A DNA stretch of 32,269 nucleotides from a virus (taxonomy: Duplodnaviria; Caudoviricetes): IMG/VR virus record IMGVR_UViG_3300028024_000022, positions 1-32,269 of that record. One strand, given 5' to 3'. Position 1 is the first letter of the stretch, and each line of letters starts with the position of its first letter. Position numbers and translations under genes: made by a program. The notes below the pieces were generated by a model. That model made no database searches. It saw only the letters and a list, made by a program, of their open reading frames with translations, and was not told the origin of the DNA. Shown one piece after another: positions 28,095 to 32,269 of this stretch.

Positions 28095-29762
28095 GGGACG
28101 GTAGTAGTACTGTCGCTGCTGATAGTAGCCGACCGCGAAGCGGCATTGCTGCATAGGAGTAAGACTCTCGGGGATGCAGGTATCAGGGAGGAGCCCTATA
28201 ATATCGACAAGCTGTTTGCTCCAATATATGCGGCTCCCCTGCGCTTGCATGCCGTCGATATGCCGGTGGCATAGTTTGATTGGCTCGGCCATTGTATGCC
28301 GCGGGCGGTGCAGCATCCCCACGAGATATTTGCGGGCGAAGGTGGGCTCTCCATTAGGGTCAACAGAGACGCGCTCCGCGAACTCCAGCATCGCCGACAG
28401 TCGGCCAAGGACATAGGATATATCAATGCAAGCGGGATTGAGTGTCTCCCCGATGGTATCGCTGGCGTCCTTGATGAGATACGCCTTGAGCATGGCCGAC
28501 TTTGTATGCGAGATCTCTGCATCTCTGTCGATCCAGGCTAAAATTTGCATGATGAGCTCCGCGGGATATGGGGTATTAGCTATAATAGCGTATAGCATCT
28601 CGCAGATGATCGACCGGGAGGCGGGGACTCCGCTGCCTGCACGGGTGGCATCGGCAAGCAATGCCCGCGGGTATATATAGTCAGGAGCGTACGCGGGACG
28701 CTCGATCAGCAGACGGCGACGATGCTGCTCAAGATTGCGGACGGCCTCACCAAACGGCAGGGAGAGATAAAATTGCACGGCCGCTCGGGCGGGAGTAGCG
28801 GAAGAAAGCGTCAGAAAATGCATTGGCGTCTCCAATACACAGCGCTCCGGGACAGTCAGGATAGCCGTAGACTCAAAGGTCTTATCAAAATAAGACCGGA
28901 TGACCTCCGCATATGCTTGGTCGGCGGCGTCCGCCCAAAATATAAGCGTCGTATTGCCGATCGTGATATGGTTGGCCGCGCTGACAAGGAGTGAGTTGAG
29001 CATCGTCGTATAGGAGACCGCGGCGTAGTCGCTGACGGGAGCGCCGGCCGCCCCATCGAGCCCGTAGGACTCGCAGGAATCAAGGTTAAAAGATACGAGC
29101 GCCGCGCCCATCATAAGCGCGCCGGGCAGGCCTTTGATGCGCGGATGCAGATCCGCGATGGGCGTGTCCTTGCGGCCGGTCGCCAAGCATGTCCCTTTTA
29201 GCTGTCCTTGGGTGCTGCGGTACCGGACCCATGCGAGGCCGATCTCCGCATCCTCATGCGCAAAAGAGCCGTCCGGACCCACAAAGACCAGATTGCAGCC
29301 GCGCTCAATGTCGGCGCATGCGTCCGCGGGGACAAAGGACAGGACGCAGGGTTGCGGGCCGCGGTCAAAAAATGCGAGGATGGCTTTTGCGGTTGGGGTG
29401 TCGATATCATCGAGGACGGCATGATGGAGCGTATATGCGGCGTCAAACGCGTCACGGCCCCGCTCCCCCTTGCCGGGCTGGGCGAGTGCGAAAAAACGTG
29501 CGGCGGTATCGCATAAAAAATTTGATGTGCTGCCGGAGGAGCGGACATAAGGGAGCGGGGCGGTAATTATCATCGGAGGATGGGCTGTCTTGCCGCTCTC
29601 GGCGGTCCTAAGCGGGATGATATCCTTGACAGTGCCATCGGCGGCAAGGCATATCCCATATGTAGCGCGTGCACGTGCGAACCATAGCGGGGGGACAGAT
29701 ATCCCGCGGAATGGCTCGCGGAGTTGCAGCTCATACTGGCGCGTAAGATCCTCAATGATCAT
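28086..29762 (-). CDS. cas8c: solitary type I-C CRISPR large subunit Cas8c/Csd1 homologue
   Basis: RSSG...NFLCD, CLATG....IA.LHP.IKG.PGA...GAALVSFN...ESYG.....APVS..A..YTT.LN.LL, IG..T.IFWA, KAYL, and a Cas11-like C-terminus YVLGRL...LT..QQ.RF.VGYYQQ. AGGAGGT RBS. Confidence 0.9.
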   Translation of the reverse strand: MIIEDLTRQYELQLREPFRGISVPPLWFARARATYGICLAADGTVKDIIPLRTAESGKTAHPPMIITAPLPYVRSSGSTSNFLCDTAARFFALAQPGKGERGRDAFDAAYTLHHAVLDDIDTPTAKAILAFFDRGPQPCVLSFVPADACADIERGCNLVFVGPDGSFAHEDAEIGLAWVRYRSTQGQLKGTCLATGRKDTPIADLHPRIKGLPGALMMGAALVSFNLDSCESYGLDGAAGAPVSDYAAVSYTTMLNSLLVSAANHITIGNTTLIFWADAADQAYAEVIRSYFDKTFESTAILTVPERCVLETPMHFLTLSSATPARAAVQFYLSLPFGEAVRNLEQHRRRLLIERPAYAPDYIYPRALLADATRAGSGVPASRSIICEMLYAIIANTPYPAELIMQILAWIDRDAEISHTKSAMLKAYLIKDASDTIGETLNPACIDISYVLGRLSAMLEFAERVSVDPNGEPTFARKYLVGMLHRPRHTMAEPIKLCHRHIDGMQAQGSRIYWSKQLVDIIGLLPDTCIPESLTPMQQCRFAVGYYQQRQYYYRPKK

Positions 29763-30339
29763 CTGATACCTCCTGCCCTACGGAGCTGTCCAATAGATCC
29801 TCGGCATGGATGCCGAGCACGGAGGCAAGGCGGGCGGCAATCCCCAGCGATACTCCGCTTATTGATCGTCTGCATTGCTCAATGTTGGTGATATAATGTA
29901 AGCTCAGGCCGGCGCCAGCGGCAAGCTGAGACTGAGACAGACGATTAATTTTGCGGAGCCTCGCTAAATTGGTCTGCGGTATAGGGTCCAGGTTTTTGCG
30001 GACATGCTCAAAGACGGATTGCCATGAGCGATGGTGAGCGCCGAAATCAAACTCGTTGCAAAAGGACGCCCCTACAATCTCATCAATGCGAGCAGGATCA
30101 TACGTAATTTTGAGGATGCGCAGCTCCTCCTGATCTGCCTGAGCGGCGGCAAAATACTCCGACCACCAGTCATGTACATACTGGGATACGCGATAGGTGC
30201 CATCCTCCCCGGCGGGGGTAAAGCTCCCGTCATCAAATGCATTGGCAAGATCGAGCGTCCCGAGCGTGCAGTCGTAGCCATCGGTATCATGGTAACAGAG
30301 CTCCTTTAATTCTTGGGTTTCGCTAATAATGCAGCGCAT
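29752..30339 (-). CDS. acidic N-terminal domain fused to a C-terminal XRE HTH (Aca-like / Acr-Aca fusion candidate)
   Basis: TNLARLRK...LSQSQLA..AGLS..YI.NIEQ..R.I.....A.RLA.VLG...EDLL. Start at ATG 30339 after AGAAAGGA; the stop overlaps the cas8c start. Confidence 0.85.
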   Translation of the reverse strand: MRCIISETQELKELCYHDTDGYDCTLGTLDLANAFDDGSFTPAGEDGTYRVSQYVHDWWSEYFAAAQADQEELRILKITYDPARIDEIVGASFCNEFDFGAHHRSWQSVFEHVRKNLDPIPQTNLARLRKINRLSQSQLAAGAGLSLHYITNIEQCRRSISGVSLGIAARLASVLGIHAEDLLDSSVGQEVSDDH

Positions 30340-30397
30340 TATATATTTCCTTTCTCCCCGCCTTTTGCCGGGCGGGGGAGGCGCGTAGATACAGCTA

Positions 30398-30598
30398 TCA
30401 ACGGGCACCATCATAATTGATAGCAATATTGCCAGTACCATCGTCTGTCAACAGGTAAGCCGCTTTGTCATCGTGGGCCGACGCAATCCACCTGCCGTCC
30501 TCCATTTCAGGGTCATCGACCACTAGATCGTCATACTCCGGGGCGTTATCGGTCAGCCAATCCCCAATCATCGCCTCAAATAAGTCCTTGTCGTACAT
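30398..30598 (-). CDS. small highly acidic protein (anti-CRISPR candidate)
   Basis: 66 aa, very D/E-rich; AGAAAGGA RBS. Confidence 0.75.
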   Translation of the reverse strand: MYDKDLFEAMIGDWLTDNAPEYDDLVVDDPEMEDGRWIASAHDDKAAYLLTDDGTGNIAINYDGAR

Positions 30599-30664
30599 GG
30601 CAGCATCCTTTCTCCCGGTCTTTCGCCCGGCCGGGAGGGCCGCATTACCGGGGCCGCAGCCCCG

Positions 30665-31009
30665 TCACTCTGCGATTAATTCGATGTTACCGATAGCCGT
30701 AAAATAGGTGGTGTTGCCAGCATCGCTTTTGATACCGACCTTGGTAACTGAGTAGATGCCCCACGGGTCGCCGTATTTGCTGTTGTCATACCGCTTAACC
30801 CAAAACACAGTGCCCTCCGTGCCGAGCGGCACTTTCCGGCCTTTGACAACCCGTACACGCTTACCATAGATATCCTGGAAATCCGCAATTTCGCAAACAG
30901 CGTTTAAATTCCCGCGACGTACCGCTTCGGCACGCAGTTGATCAAGTTGCCCGGTTGTCATGCTACGATAATCCATAATGTCAACCTTTCTTTTTCCTCT
31001 CTTGCTCAT
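30665..31009 (-). CDS. small SH3/KOW-like beta protein (alternative start 30976)
   Basis: GKRVRVVKGRKVPLGTEGTVFW...KVGIK..G..YFTA..N.E pattern; co-oriented in the operon. Confidence 0.7.
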   Translation of the reverse strand: MSKRGKRKVDIMDYRSMTTGQLDQLRAEAVRRGNLNAVCEIADFQDIYGKRVRVVKGRKVPLGTEGTVFWVKRYDNSKYGDPWGIYSVTKVGIKSDAGNTTYFTAIGNIELIAE

Positions 31010-31117
31010 TTCTTCACCTTGTTACCGATTGCTGACCTTGCCGGCTTTGTAAGCGCGGTACTCGTCGATGTTGTAAACAAAGTTTGTTGCCTGCCATATG
31101 GACCAGATAATAGCATA

Positions 31118-31501
31118 TTATAGATACATTATGAACCGTGCGCCCTGATCGCCCATGCCCCAACCGTTGGCTAAAACCACCTCGCGGCTATCATCGCCAT
31201 ATTCTGCGAATTTACCAGCCACCAAGCAAAGTTTGTCGCTATATGTTTGGGCGCGTCCGATGGCGAAAAGAATTTCGTCATCATCCATCAGGTCGTTTAC
31301 GTCAATTGCTGATGTGCCGCGAAGATATTTTGCAGCCGAAGAATACGTATAGTCCCGGTCCCACATGTCGAATGACTTTTTCATTATCTGGTTGGCGCGA
31401 TACTTTTTATCATAGTTTACACCAGACAGGCCGCGGATGCCAATGTGCTGATATTCCGTCATCGCCTTTTTTATTGCTTCGATCCGTTCCGCGTTTGTCA
31501 T
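31118..31501 (-). CDS. hypothetical protein, paralogue of 31576..31986, ART-like motifs
   Basis: IGIR, LRGTSA, LVAG, GDDSREVVL; G-rich RBS before ATG 31501. Confidence 0.75.
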   Translation of the reverse strand: MTNAERIEAIKKAMTEYQHIGIRGLSGVNYDKKYRANQIMKKSFDMWDRDYTYSSAAKYLRGTSAIDVNDLMDDDEILFAIGRAQTYSDKLCLVAGKFAEYGDDSREVVLANGWGMGDQGARFIMYL

Positions 31502-31575
31502 TGCATTGCCCCCCCTTTGCGGTTTCACCTCATCCCCGCCTTTAGCCGGGCGAGGACGGCTGATTGCTTACTTGT

Positions 31576-31986
31576 TTAGCAGATCACTTTTGTCACGATT
31601 GCGTTGCGGATCAGGATCTCGCCGTCGTCAGGATCATCATGCACGCCGCGGTTGTCGCCGGCCACGATATAGCAATGATCGGCAAGGACCCTGGCGCGAT
31701 TGTTACCGTCCCATGCGCACCGATGCTTGAGGGCCTCGATGTATTGCCTGGCCTCCCATACGCTCGTCCCGTCAAGCTCGTCCAAGTCATCATATTCCGG
31801 GGTCCCGTATTCCGGGAAATCCCGCTCGTCGTCCCTGTTGGGATTGTGGCGGCTATTTTCGCAAATCTTGCCAACCTCGCGCGCCTTATCCTCGAACCTT
31901 ACGCCAACGTACCGGTATTCGGCTTCGATCTCGGCATAGGCGGCTTCGACGGTGGAGAGCAACTCGCGGTTTGTGATGGCGATCAT
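31576..31986 (-). CDS. acidic hypothetical protein, first gene of the operon, ART-like motifs
   Basis: VGVR, LDGTSV, IVAG, DDGEILI; GAGGAG RBS. Confidence 0.8.
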   Translation of the reverse strand: MIAITNRELLSTVEAAYAEIEAEYRYVGVRFEDKAREVGKICENSRHNPNRDDERDFPEYGTPEYDDLDELDGTSVWEARQYIEALKHRCAWDGNNRARVLADHCYIVAGDNRGVHDDPDDGEILIRNAIVTKVIC

Positions 31987-32015
31987 TGTTTTAGCTCCTC
32001 TCTCTTGATGATCTA

Positions 32016-32044
32016 AGTATACGTCAATTGACGTATACTGTCAA
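32016..32044 (-). promoter_or_regulatory. strong sigma70/sigmaA promoter with an overlapping 24-bp palindromic operator
   Basis: Minus strand TTGACA (32044-32039), 17 nt, TATACT (32021-32016). Perfect palindrome AGTATACGTCAATTGACGTATACT at 32016-32039. AT-rich UP-like tract ~32046-32079. Confidence 0.9.
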
Positions 32045-32218
32045 TAGGTTTTTCAAAATTTTTTAAAATATTTTTTTAACGTGGGTGGGACGGGTCCGGC
32101 AACTTTTCGGCAACCTTACTTTTGCGGCTTTACTGTTTTGGTTGTCCGCGATGGTCCGCGAAACGCCCTGTTTGCCTAGGGTTGTGCAGGACGGGCACGG
32201 ACGGGAAAGGCAGTAAAA

Positions 32219-32268
32219 TTTGACTACGAATCAAAAGGTCACAGGTTCGAACCCTGTTGGGCGCGCCA
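32219..32268 (+). other. 3' half of tRNA-Arg(ACG), probable prophage att core
   Basis: Anticodon arm TTTGA-CTACGAA-TCAAA, T arm ACAGG-TTCGAAC-CCTGT, acceptor strand TGGGCGC-G-CCA. No D arm or 5' acceptor strand upstream. Confidence 0.88.
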
Positions 32269-32269
32269 C

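Larger units (their letters stand above)
1..32268 (+). mobile_element. temperate siphovirus-type prophage (left part with integrase/repressor lies outside the window)
   Basis: Complete replication-packaging-head-tail-lysis gene order ending at a tRNA-derived att site. Confidence 0.95.

Noticed and set aside
30340-30441. Track start at 30441 for the HTH gene
   Set aside because: It overlaps the upstream gene and runs through the hairpin; ATG 30339 has a proper RBS.
28086-32044. A functional phage-encoded type I-C CRISPR-Cas system
   Set aside because: No cas5, cas7, cas3 or repeat-spacer array is visible, and the neighbours are not Cas-like. The unseen left part of the prophage cannot be excluded.
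32028-32060. Divergent + strand promoter from the TTGACG inside the palindrome
   Set aside because: There is no good -10 at 16-18 nt spacing and no downstream gene.
32197-32268. Intact tRNA-Arg gene
   Set aside because: The sequence upstream of the anticodon stem has no D arm and cannot pair with the 3' acceptor strand.

Overview
This window is the right-hand ~32 kb of a temperate, HK97-fold, long non-contractile-tailed prophage. The strong AGGAGG RBSs, phi13-type major tail protein and XkdX gene suggest a moderately GC-rich Bacillota/Clostridia-like host (inference). On the + strand the order is: replication module (SNF2 helicase, SSB-like protein, Prim-Pol/DUF927 primase-helicase, iteron-rich origin, VRR-NUC), a mosaic accessory block, late activator, HNH-terminase-portal-protease-capsid, tail, and lysis genes. 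The window ends in a 3' half-tRNA-Arg(ACG), the likely att core. The most notable part is a - strand operon at 28086-32044. A near-consensus sigma70 promoter, overlapped by a perfect 24-bp palindrome, drives four small genes (two of them paralogous, with ADP-ribosyltransferase-like R-S-E motifs), an acidic-domain/XRE-HTH fusion and a solitary type I-C Cas8c. No cas5, cas7, cas3 or CRISPR array is present in the window. The Cas8c appears to lack the Gln-wedge motif and the internal Cas11c start. Three intergenic spaces carry a conserved hairpin next to the RBS, and one copy resembles a lone CRISPR repeat. The best interpretation is an anti-CRISPR/anti-defence locus built around a decoy Cas8c. 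All family calls come from motif recognition only; no searches were run.
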